From positions 15,872,001 to 15,936,000 of the forward strand of contig JBHGNT010000006.1 in the NCBI GenBank assembly GCA_043228905.1: DNA of 64,000 bases. Reading direction: 5' to 3'. The stretch comes from Azolla caroliniana. Lineage: Eukaryota > Plantae > Polypodiophyta. The stretch's first letter is position 1. Each line of letters starts with the position of its first letter. Made by a program: the position numbers and the translations under genes. The notes below the pieces were generated by a model. That model searched no databases, was not told the origin of the DNA, and saw nothing but the letters and a program-made list of their open reading frames with translations. Below are positions 12,628-23,918 of this stretch, one piece after another.

Positions 12628-13284
12628 AGATACTTACCACTAAGCTAAGCTAATTACGATAATAATTAAAAAGATACCAGCCAGCTGAAGCCGAAGCCGA
12701 TTTCAGCCGAGCCGATATAATCCGAAAACAAAAAGCCGAAGTCGACTTGACTGAATTGAAGGTTAAACCAAACCAACTTTTTCGCGTTTGAAAATTGCGT
12801 TTGAAGGGATGTTGTTACCGGCCGGCAAGGAGTCCAAAATACGGAGTGAAGGAATTAATTAAGTATGGTTGTAAATAAGCATAGTGTGGACGGACGGACT
12901 GGAAACGGTATGCCGTTCCAGATCCGGACGGATCCCGAATAGGTGCGATAGGCACCGTTTTGTACTACGGGCCGGAAACCTATTTAAAGGCCCGGACCCC
13001 ATTGTAATCGCAACGGATAATTAATAGAGCGTATGGTGTTTATACTTCTGTGTTGATTTCCGTTCTGTAATTACTGTTATATCTTACGCCTGTAATTAAC
13101 AAAAGCGCTCTAATCGTGTGACCTACTTAAGTCGGTGTAATCATTGAGTCATAATCCTATGCCGTAATCACCCTTTGGTGAAGTGTCTCCGTGACACCTT
13201 GTGTTAGGCCTTGTCCGGTCAGAGAACAACACAGTTTTGGCGACCACGATTCCTGCTTTCTCGCAGCGAACGACGGCTTAATGG

Positions 13285-14028
13285 ATGACTAGACCAACGC
13301 ACGACCTGGTTACAGACCGAGCTCGACGCCTCGCCGAACGGCAAAGACGGCGTGAGACTTTCCAGCAAGCAGCGCACGAAATTCGCTCGGATCGTTCGTT
13401 CTCCAACGTGATCCGGAGAGTCGCGGAGGAATCTCTTCGGTTACAGCAAACTCGCGACCAGGACGATGGAAGCAGTCTAAGTGGTCTCCGGGAAACCGAA
13501 CGCCTCCTCGAGGCGCTGGCAAGCGGAGAAAACGAGGCAGAAGCCTTTTCAGCCTACGAATCGGATTCCGAAGGGGGATACAGCGTGCACACGAACTACC
13601 GGAGCAGCAACGATACCCCCGACGGCCCGGAGGACGACGGGTCGGATACCGTGCCGACTCCAGAACCGGAACCGTTCGACCAGGGCTATCCGGAACCGCA
13701 AACGGAAGCCGTCAACCCACCAACACCGGAAGTGGAAGAAGCAAAGCCACCGACACCAACGAAAGAGCCGGCGAAGGTACCGAAAGAAGAGCCGGTGAAG
13801 GAACCGAAAAAAGAACCGGAAAAAGAACCGGAAAAAGAACCGGAAGTGGAACAGGAGAGAAAACCGGAAAGATATCGACAAACGCCACTAAACCGCGGCC
13901 TAATACTGGACGACGACATGCCGTTCCAATACTCAAAGTATCGCGATGATCCGGACGCGGAAGCGCATGTTCATGCCTTCGAGTAGACATGGGAAGCAAA
14001 TCACGCGTCCCAGCGATTGACACCGGAG
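13285..14028 (+). pseudogene. gag: Gag N-terminus of element A (acidic, KEPE-repeat linker), interrupted by B
   Basis: RARRLAERQRRRE.FQQA..EIR.DRSFS is shared with B and C. MPFQYSKYRDDPDAEAHV matches B gag. Confidence 0.85.
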
Positions 14029-14449
14029 TGTTGTATGTATGGCTGGACTAGCCGCAACACAGGTGTCTATCCGACACTTCTCCAAAGGGGTGGTAAGGAT
14101 AGGATGTTAATACACGCGTATGATAATTACACTTAAGCACAGACGAAGACAAGATTAATCAGCATAAGCAAAACTATATTAATTCTTCGCCCCTTCATTA
14201 CAAAACATCGGATCCTTTTATAGGCATCCGGCCAGATTACAATCGGTGCTCGATAGGCAACCGTTAACCGAAACCGAATCGGTTCGGATCCGGATCGGTT
14301 ACAACTACCGGATCCGTCCCTCCTAATAATTCTATTCCTATTTCTATATTTATCCGATCCGACCTTGCTTTCCCATTTGCCTTCTCTGACCGGCCAACAC
14401 ATGGCACGCCCGTGGGAAAGTGCATTGCACTTCGAACCCACAGCCGGCT

Positions 14450-17364
14450 TCAGTCTTCCTCCAAATTATCCAGCAAACTCCGCTCAGAGGTTTCAAGTGT
14501 TGTTTTGCCTGTGCCGTCTCCGACTTCCGATTGGATTGGCTGCCTTTTCGCATCTTGCTGCTCCGACTCTGCTTCTACCGGTAGTACCGGTGTTTCTTCT
14601 GTATCCTGTCCGGGTCTGTCCTGCTCTACCTCCGTTCCGTTCCCGGTATCGCTCTCTCCGGTTTCCACTGGTTGTGTCCTTTCCTCCCCGGATTCGGTAC
14701 TTCTCTGTCTCCACTCTGCATCATCCCCGGCATCAACCTGCTCTTGCTCCGGAAGTTCTTCCTCGGGTAATTCTTGTCGGGGTGCATTGTTGGTTGGGTC
14801 CTCTTCAGCCGGTCGCTCGCCCCCACTAATGGAGATCGGCGTTGTGTGTCCCTCGGCTTCCTGTCGCAGTCGGTCCTTCTCGTACCCTTCCAATTCTAGT
14901 TGGGTTTCGAGCTGCCCGTCATCCAACCTCTCTACTAACCCTCGGATTTCCTTGAGATGCTCTTCTGCTAGAGCATAGAAATCCTCCGACAATTCTTCCC
15001 GGATGTTGACGATACTTTCTTCGTCCATTTTATAGAACCCATCTCCGGTTTTCTTCCGATTTTCTGCATCAGCTCGGAGTGTCTGCAGTTCAGCTGCCTG
15101 TTGTGCCCATTCCCTCCAGAGTTTCTCCGTGCTTTCATTTATGCTGGCCTGAGCTCGGGTACTCCAGCTTGACATGATGAACTTAATTCGGTCAACCCCT
15201 GCTTTAGCCTGTTCCGAAGCTGCTTGTTTTTCCTTCCTTATCCGTTTGATGATGTCGGCCATTAACTGAGCTTGAGTTTCAGAGTCGGCTTTTTGCTTGT
15301 CACAGGTACTCCGCCATTTGTTGATTTCGAAAGTCGACTTCACTTTTTCCTCGTTCCGGCTCTTTGTCAGTTCCCCTACTTTCTGCCGAAGTACTTCCAT
15401 CTCCTTTCTTTGTTCCGACGTCAAGGTCTTCTCCGCCGATACTTCCTCCCTTGCTTTGGACAATTCCAAGCGGTTTTCCTTGAGCTGCTCTTTCAGCTTC
15501 TCTATCTGTCGGTCGTACGTTGCTGCCTGATTCTTGATGTCCGACGTGGCCTGTTTATAATCCTTACACAGTCGGTCGAATTCCTCCGTCTTCTGTTTTA
15601 GGCGTCGGTTCGCCTGAGCTCGCAACTGATCATCCCGGTCCTTTTGTTGTCGGAGTTCCTCTCGCAACCGCTCAATTTCCTGCTCCATTCGTCGGCGCAG
15701 CCTATCTTTTTCCTTTTGCAGTGTCCCGTTTTCTTCTTGTAGTCGGTCATTGGTGGCTTTGCTTCGGCGAAGGCCTTCCTCCATTCGCCGTCTGTCGTCT
15801 TCTACCAACTTCCGCTGCTCTCTTTCGTTATCTCTCAATGCCTCCTGAGCCTGTAGTTCTACTTTCAAAGTTGCTATTAACTTCTCGGTCTCAGGGCCGG
15901 TTTGCAAGGCCTTCTCCGTTTCTGGTTCGGCTTGCTTTTCTGATGTCCCGACCGGCTCGGTGCCATCTTGTGCTTGTCGGCTGCCTTCTTTTGCCTGTGC
16001 TAGCTCTTCTTGCAGCTCATGTAATTGTGCCCGGAGCATGACCATATCCTTAGTCGTCGTCCTAGTCACTTCTTCTCTTTGCTCCTCCTCTTTCTCCATC
16101 TGGTCTGCTACTCCCGACAACTGCCCTGACAACCACCTTAGCCATTGTGCCTTTGTTCTGCCTTCGTTGGTGTCAGCAGGCGTGCCTAGCTCCGGCTGTT
16201 TTTCCAGCTGTTTCTCCGGCCTCTTCTCTTGTTCCGGCGCTTGTTCCTTTCTTTGTTCTTCGAACTCCGCCGCCGTCGGTTCCGGTACTGCCGTCTTTGG
16301 TGCAGACGAACCTTCATCCTGTGTCGCTTCTGTTCCGGTTACTGGCGGCGGTTCTTTTGCCCGTTGCTGAGTTCCGTCCGCTGTTGGGGTCGGTCTTGTC
16401 GCTCGTTTCTCCTTTCCTTGCCTGGGTGGTAGTATTAACATCGGTTCGGATGAGTCTTCCTCTGTTTCAGCGTCCTCCGTCGGTGCCACTATTGGTTCCT
16501 TTACTGGTACCGGTTCCGATTCGAGCGTTACTGGTTCGGTGTCGGTTTGCCTCTTGCTGGTCTTCTTTGCCACCTTCTCCTTGCCTTTTTCCGCCTTTTT
16601 CTTCTTCGTTGTCGGTTGCTGTTGCTGTTTCTGTGGCTGCCGTGATGAGCCTTCCTCCCGTTGCTGTCGGGAGGAGTCTTCTTCCCTCGGTTGTCGAGAT
16701 GAGCCTTCTTTCCGCGGCTGTCGGGATGATCCCTCTTCTGGCGGCGCTTCTTCTTCCTGTGTCCATCCTGGAGTGTGTTTCTCTAGATTCGTCGGCGCTT
16801 CATGGTTTGCTTCGGGGTAGTCTCCTGCCGACTTCTTTGCTTGTGCTTGATGGGGGACACCGGTGGGACCAACACTGTTAACCATTGGGATATTCCGGCC
16901 CATGGCTTCTTCCCTTCCACCAAGTGCTTTATCGCCTCTTTCAGTCCTTCGGTGATGAAGTGGAGCCAGTCCACCTGCAGGCCTTCGAATGTCGCGATGA
17001 CGATCGCTGCTCGGTATTTGGCTATGGCTGCCGGACGAGGGTTCACGAACCCATACTCCATCAGGGCGCGGGCCACCTCTCCGAACAACAGGTTCGCTCC
17101 GCCCTGTGTGCGATACGCCTTGCTGCTGAGGGAATATTCGCCGAAATACTCGAAGAATATTTGGCTCGAGGGTAGCTCTATTGTCTGAAGTCCACCCTCC
17201 GCAATCCCGGTGAGCGCTTGTACCGCTCCTTCGGTGACTTCTGCCAGGTCCACTGCTGTTGCCGCCTGCTCTGGTTCCTTGTGTGGTGGAGCGTCAGCGA
17301 CCCGCAGCAGCCCTCCTAATCCGTTCTCCGTCAGCCATTGTCGCGCTCCTTCCGATAGTGCCAT
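14450..17364 (-). CDS. Extra 3' ORF of B (~970 aa once one frameshift near 16785 is repaired): conserved N-domain, low-complexity linker, long coiled coil, acidic tail
   Basis: ORFs 16783-17616 and 14450-16903 overlap in different frames, while the homologue in C reads through this point. The start MALSEGARQWL aligns with MDPQTLSEAARKWL (A) and MDCQALSEAAKKWL (C). Confidence 0.75.
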
Positions 17365-17905
17365 TGCTTCTTCTTCGTCTGCTGCTGCCTGTGGTCTGAG
17401 GTCGGGGTGTAGGTGTTCTGCGCGTCGGATCTCGCTATCTTGAGCCTGCGTTTGCTTGTGGGAAAATTCGTAAAAAGTGAACCCTTCTCCGGTTCTTCCT
17501 TTATATAGTGGCGTTTCCCTCGAGCCGCCTTTTCCTGTTATTCGCGCGTCCTCTGCCATAATTAGCATGTCACTCTTTAATTTTGGCGGCTGCACGTGTT
17601 CTGCCTTGAATAGCATGTCCTATTTTTGGCGCCTGCGCATGCTCTGTCATGAATAGCATGTCCTATTTTTGGCTGCCGCGTGTCATGCTTGCGCTTCTTT
17701 GCCGCGTGTGTCGAATCTCCTACGTGTCTGTCATTATGACTCCTTAATTGACACGCGTTTTAAGTCCTGTACATCGGCCCCCCACGTTCTGTGCTTTAAA
17801 TAGTTCGTGCACCCGTGTGACGGTTGTAACTACCTCCTTCATCATTACCATGATTTTCTTGATCTTCTTGTTTTGAATTTTCTTGACCGTAGCACCACGT
17901 CATCA

Positions 17906-17938
<33 letters not shown>

Positions 17939-17946
17939 GTGCCGCA

Positions 17947-20900
17947 TCATTGTTCGGTTCCCCCCGATGTGTTCGGGTTGGTGCGCCCTATTGTCGGTTC
18001 CTCGTTGTTACGCGTCGGTGTCGGCTCCTCGGTCCTCCGTATCTGTGTCGGTTCCTCGCCATTCAGGATGTCCGGGTCTTGCTTGAAGGGGTTAGCTGGC
18101 ATGTGCCCCTTATACGGTTTTAGGCGAAAACCATTTGCCCATTTGCCCACAACTTCTCCTGACAACGTCCCGAGCTGGTAAGACCCATTGTACTCCTTTG
18201 TGATCCAGAATGGTCCGGTCCACCGAAATCGCAATTTCCCTGGCATGCTCCCCATCCTTGTCTGGAACAGTAATACAGGTTTCCCGACCTCGAATTCCTT
18301 TTCGTTACCGCGCCGGTGTCGGTCTACAAAGGCTTTCCTCCTCCTTTGCTCTAGTTCTAGCTGTAGCAGGCTGGCTATTCGATTTTCTTCCAGTTCTAAC
18401 AGCATCTTCAGCCGGATTCGTTCGGATTCCTTCTCGCTTAACCGCTCATTAACCTGTATTCTTAAGCTAGGAATTTGGAATTCTACTGGCATGACTGCTT
18501 CCAAGCCGAATGCCAGTCGGAACGGGGTCGTCCGGATGCTGGTCTTGTACGCCGTTCGGTACGCCCACAGCACGCTCTGCAACTTCGTGTCCCAGTCGGT
18601 CCGGTTCTCATTGACGATTTTTCTAAGGATGTTCTGTAGCGTTTTGTTTGTTGATTCCGCTAATCCGTTGGCTTGAGGGTAGTAGGGAGTGCTTCGTTTG
18701 TGTACTACCGCATAGAATGATGTCAAACTTTCCACCACCTGCCCGAGGAAATGTCCTCCCTGGTCACTGATCAGCTCAATCGGGCATCCGTACCGACACC
18801 ATATGCATTCATATAAAAATTTGGCCGTGGACGCCGCCGTGTTGTCCCGTAGTGCCTTTGCTTCTACCCATTTGGTGCAGTAGTCGGTAGCCACTATTAT
18901 ATACCGATTTCCGGTCCGCATTGCCGGTGGCTTAAAGGGGCCGACAAAGTCCAAGCCCCACTTTTGGAATGGTTCTAATGGCAAGACCGGGTGATGTGGC
19001 ATCCGGGCCTGCTCCGTGGGTTGGCCCAGTCGTTGACACAGGTCGCATTCCCTGCTATACTTAACGGCATCTCTCATGGTAGTCGGCCACCATAGTCCGC
19101 TCTGCCATATCTTCCGGGCTGTTGTTTCGCCGGCATAATGCCCGCCTGCAATTCCACAGTGGGCTTCCCTCAGGATCAGATCCTTTTCATCGCTCCGCAC
19201 TGTTCGCCTCCATACGCCATCTGCCCCCTTGTGATAGAGGGTGTCTCCTACCAAGCAGAAATGTCTGCTCCGTACTGCCATCCTTTTCCGTTCGTCTCGG
19301 TCTAGGTTTTCCGGGGGAACTCCGGTGCTCAGGAACTGATGCATTTCGGTTAACCATTTGTCTTCGTCCGCTACTGTGGTCTCCGTTGCCGGTGCCGTCG
19401 TGACCTTAAACAGCTCGGCGTCGGGAAATTCGTCCTGTACGCCGTGCCCTGATTCTCCGGATTCTAGTCTGCTCAGGTAGTCTGCTACCGCATGCTGCAC
19501 CCCGGGTCGGTGGAAAATGTCGAATTCGAATTCCTGTAATAGCAGCGTCCACCGTGCGAGTTTTCCTGTCAGGGCTGCCTTTGAGACCAGGTAGAGTAGT
19601 GCCGAGTGGTCAACGTGGAAGGAGAACTTTCGTCCGAGCAGATAGTGCCTGTACTTTGTGACACTGTACACCATTCCTAATGCCTCTCGTTCCGTTGTAG
19701 AGTAGTTCCGTTCGGCTTTCGAGAGTTTCCTGCTTGCGTAGTACACCGGCCGATACCAGTTCGGTTCCGTGAGTTGCATCAAAACGCTGCCGATTGCTAC
19801 GTCCGACGCGTCGACGAAGACGTGAAAGCTTTTACTCCAGTCCGGCGGCTGCACCACCGGAGCTTGTGACAGCATTACCTTCAACGCTTGGTAGGCTTTC
19901 TCCTCCGTTTCTGTCCATTGGAAAGGTACTCTATGTACAGCAGCGTGCAATGGTGTAGCAAAGTCGGCAAGGTGCCGTATCATCCGACTATGCCACCTTA
20001 TTTGACCAAGGAATCGGCTTAAAGCCTTTGCGCTATTCGGTGCCGGTGCGTCGAGAATTGCTTTTACCTTATCCGGATCTACCGCGATTCCTTCCCGACT
20101 CACCACGTGGCCTAACAAGTTGCCGCTTGCGACTCCAAAGACGCACTTAGCCGGGTTCAGACTTAATCGGTACTCGCGGCACTTTTCTAAGCATAGTCGT
20201 AGGTGATCGAGATGCTCTCCGTGTCGGCTGTAGACGGCGAAATCGTCTAGGAAGACCTGCATAAAACCGGGAATAAAATCACCGAAGATTTCCATAATTA
20301 TCCTTTGAAATGTTGCAGGGGCTGTCTTTAATCCGAACATCATCACGACCGCGACGAACACTCCCCACTCCGTCACGAACGCTGTTTTCTCTTGGTCGGC
20401 CGGGTTCATTCGGATTTGGTTGTAGCCGCTGAATCCATCCAGGAAGCTGTAAACTTCGTGGCCGGCCACCGCATCTAGCACTCCGTCCGTGAATGGTAGT
20501 GGAAAAGCGTCGGTCACTGTCGCGGCATTTAGTTTCCTGTAGTCCACACATACCCGGATTTTGCCGTTCTTTTTCGGGACCACCACTATCGGGCTTAGCC
20601 AGGTTGCCTGCTTGACTGGTCGGATAAATCCGACCCGGAGAAGCTTGTCAATTTCCTCCTTCACCTTTGCCGCATAGTTTGGATTCATCTGGTACCGACG
20701 TTGAGCGATGGGTTTCGCGTCCGTACTTAGATGAATTTGGTGCTGGTAGAGCTGGGGGTCCAACCCTCGCATGTCTTCGTATGACCATGCGAACACGTCC
20801 TTGAAATCCGTTAACAGTGCTACCATTGCCTGTTTTTCCTCCTTCGGCAATTCCTTCGCGACTTTTACCGGTCGGGGTTGTTCTGTTGTGCCGAGGTCCA

Positions 20901-23646
20901 CCTCTTCCAGCTGGGATGCTTTCACCCTTTGGGATATCGTCATTTCTCTTTCTAGGGCTTCCTGTGCTTGGCGTAGTTCCCGGATCGCCACTTTGTCCGG
21001 CTCGTCCGGCATTGTGATGTAGGGCTCTACTGCTGCAGTGATATCCACCTCAAAAAGTGGGACGATCTGTGGGTGTTCCTCGAGGTACCGATCAACTTCC
21101 TCATCCGGTAAGCCCTCCAACATGTTGATACTTTCGGCATATAAAGGGGTTGCCTCCTTGCTAGTGAGCACCCGTGGTTGCGTGGCTACCCGTACCTTTG
21201 TTTTCCCTCGTCGGAACGTGATCATATTCTTTTGCCAATTTTGCTTGATATGCGCCGTTCGCAGCCATGGTCGTCCTAACAGTAGGGGATATGCGCCTTG
21301 TACATTCAGCTCTAGTACCACGGCCGATATTCGGAATACGTGGCCTCCTATTGTTACTTCCAAGTCCCGGATAAGACCAGTTGGTCGGACTGAGCTTGTA
21401 TCCGCCATGCGTAACCAGAAGGGGCATGGTTCCCACTCCTGGATGCCTAGGTCGTCGCATGTCTGCCGACTAATGACGTTCACCCCGGAGCCTCCGTCAA
21501 TAATTGTTCCTGGAATCTCCTTTCCTTTGACGATTGTCGTGATTGCTGGGCTACTGGTATCAACCACCGCTGGGCCTTCCTCCGGGTTGGAGAAAAATGC
21601 CGGTGCTGGCGTCGGCGTCGGTTTGCTCACGGCGGCTTGTAAGTCTGCTGTAAACCGCGGCACCAACTGCAGTAACCGTGCCAACGGCAGCACGATCTGA
21701 CAATCTTGTAGTGCTTGCCATGTCGGGTTTTCTCCTGGCTGTACGATTTCCTCCTCCCTTGGCATATTTCGGTTTCTTACTTCCGCCGCACCTTGTTCGT
21801 TGGCTTCTTTGATCCATTGTGCCGCTTGTTTTCTGATTGCTTCCTGGGCTTCCCATTCGGCGGCCTTCCCCTTCGACCGCGTGGTAACCTGCTGTACTTC
21901 GGCTGTCACCATGTTGACTGCTGGCTGCTTGTCGGCTGTTTTGCTTGGGCATTGATTACTGTAATGCCCTTCTTTTCGGCAGTAATAATAGTACACCCTG
22001 TGCGTGTTGCTGGATTCTCCTTTTTCCCATGTTTGGGGAAGGGGCGTTCCCCGGCGGTTGTCCTCGGTTTTTCGGTTCTCCGGTGCCGCTACTGGTTTGT
22101 CATTCCTTGTTGCCTCCCGACGCTCCTCTCTACGGAAGAATCCACGCCTTTGGTTCCGTCGGAAATTCCGGTTCCCTGGCCGCCTTTCTTCTCTGCGTCG
22201 CTCGTATTCCGGGGATTCGTCACGGTCGTACCGGTCCCGGGGGTAGCTATCCCTTCGGTTCTCCTCTCGGTCATAGCTGTCGCGTCTTCTATTGGGGTAT
22301 CTGTCGCCGCGTTCTCGTCGGTAGCGGTCGTCCCTCCGGAATCGATCCTCTTCCGGGTCCCGATTGCGCGGTTCTATGTGTCGGACCGGTGCCGCTTGTC
22401 GAGTTAACAGGTTATACTCGCATCGGTTCGTTGTGTGGGCGCGAGAATTGCATATCATGCACTGTGCACGCAGGGTGCAGTCGACGGTCGAGTGCCCCGA
22501 ATTTAGGCATGTTGTGCATTGTAGGGCTTGTCGGAACCGGAGGTCCTCCTCCTTCGGAAGCGCCTGGTGTAACGCCCCCATCGGCAAGAAGGGGCTCGTG
22601 TTGTCCATTTCCAGGACCCGATCAATGACTTGGTCCATTGTGCTGGTGCTGAAATCGAGGATTCCACACATCGCTCGAAGTGGGTCTTTTAACGCAGCCA
22701 AAAAGACTGCCTTGGCCTCCTCTTCGGGTGGTGCTCTTGCTAATTGACTGTGCAAGGTCTGGAAACGAATGATAAATTGTGGGACCGTCTCGTTTTCTCC
22801 CTGCCGAGTGGTGTAGAATTGTCCGACCAATTCCCTTTGTTCCACTCGTCTATGAAACAAGCGTAAAAACTGGGTTTTCAATGCCTCGAACGTGGCGAAG
22901 CTGCCTGGTAAGTGCTTGTCGTGCCACCGGGCCGCCGATCCTTCTAATGTCATGCCGAATTCGGCGATTTTGGATCGGTCGGCCTCGGGCTCCGTCAGTC
23001 TCTGGGACACGTGGTTGGCTTCCCATGTTCGCAGGAATGCATACACATGTGCCTCTCCGTCGGGCTCATCCCGATACTTTGGGTACGGATACGGCATCGT
23101 GTCGTCCCACTGATTCTCCTGCGCTGGTTCCTCCGATGTCGGTCTCCGCTCCTGCGGTTCCTCCGCAGGTGGTGTTGATAACCGCTCCTGCGGTTCCTCC
23201 GCGGGTGGTGTTGGTATCCGCTCCTCCCTCCTCGGCGATTGCCGGTCACCGAACTCCAGAGTTATTTCCTCCTCTGGCTCCGATGTTGCTGAGTGATCCG
23301 ACTCAAAGGGGTTGTTCTCGTGGCTGCTTTTATAGCGGGATCCCACGCTTTCCCCGCTATCCGAATCCGCCTCTAATGTTGCAAATGCCGCTGCGTCCCC
23401 GTCGCCGCCAGCGAGAGTCTGTAGTAGTGTCTCCGCTTCTTGGAGGCTGGTTATGCTACTGCCTTCGTCGGAAGCTTGTAGAACCTGGAACTACAGTGCG
23501 TCTTCTGCGATTTGCCGAAGCGTTTTTGAGAATGACCGATCGCGCCGGATCTCGTCGACGGCTTGCTGCAGGGCTTCCCGTCGTCGCTGCCGTTCGGCGT
23601 GGCGTCTCCCTCTTTCGGTGATGTGGTCGTTATTTTGTCTAGACAT
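17947..23646 (-). CDS. gag-pol: Gag-Pol polyprotein of B (gag with CCHC knuckles, PR, RT, RNase H, IN); one in-frame TAG at 23491-23493
   Basis: 1799-aa ORF with IIDGGSGVN (protease), LDGFSGYNQI, FLDDF (RT), DASD/TTERE (RH), HHCC and D,D,E integrase, and WTGPF. The upstream ATG at 23646 is in frame. Confidence 0.95.
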
Positions 23647-23918
23647 CCATCCCCCGGTTGTCCTCTGCACTCTGCAGGAATCGTGGTCGCCAAAATAGTG
23701 TTGTATGTATGGCTGGACTAGCCGCAACACAGGTGTCTATCCGACACTTCTCCAAAGGGGTGGTAAGGATAGGATGTTAATACACGCGTATGATAATTAC
23801 ACTTAAGCACAGACGAAGACAAGATTAATCAGCATAAGCAAAACTATATTAATTCTTCGCCCCTTCATTACAAAACATCGGATCCTTTTATAGGCATCCG
23901 GCCAGATTACAATCGGTG

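Larger units (their letters stand above)
14029..23918 (-). mobile_element. Non-chromovirus Ty3/Gypsy element B, very young, 5' LTR truncated
   Basis: 3' LTR 14029-14399. 5' LTR remnant 23699-23918 appears identical over 220 bp. PBS (reverse complement gtggtcgcca) at 23683-23692. Confidence 0.93.

Noticed and set aside
14450-16903. Host myosin/SMC-like gene or retroviral env
   Set aside because: It lies inside LTR-bounded elements in three families and shows no motor, ATPase, signal-peptide or transmembrane motifs.
14365-23621. Numerous 60-280 aa ORFs antisense to B (and likewise to C and H)
   Set aside because: These are shadow ORFs of GC-rich coding sequence with no recognisable motifs.
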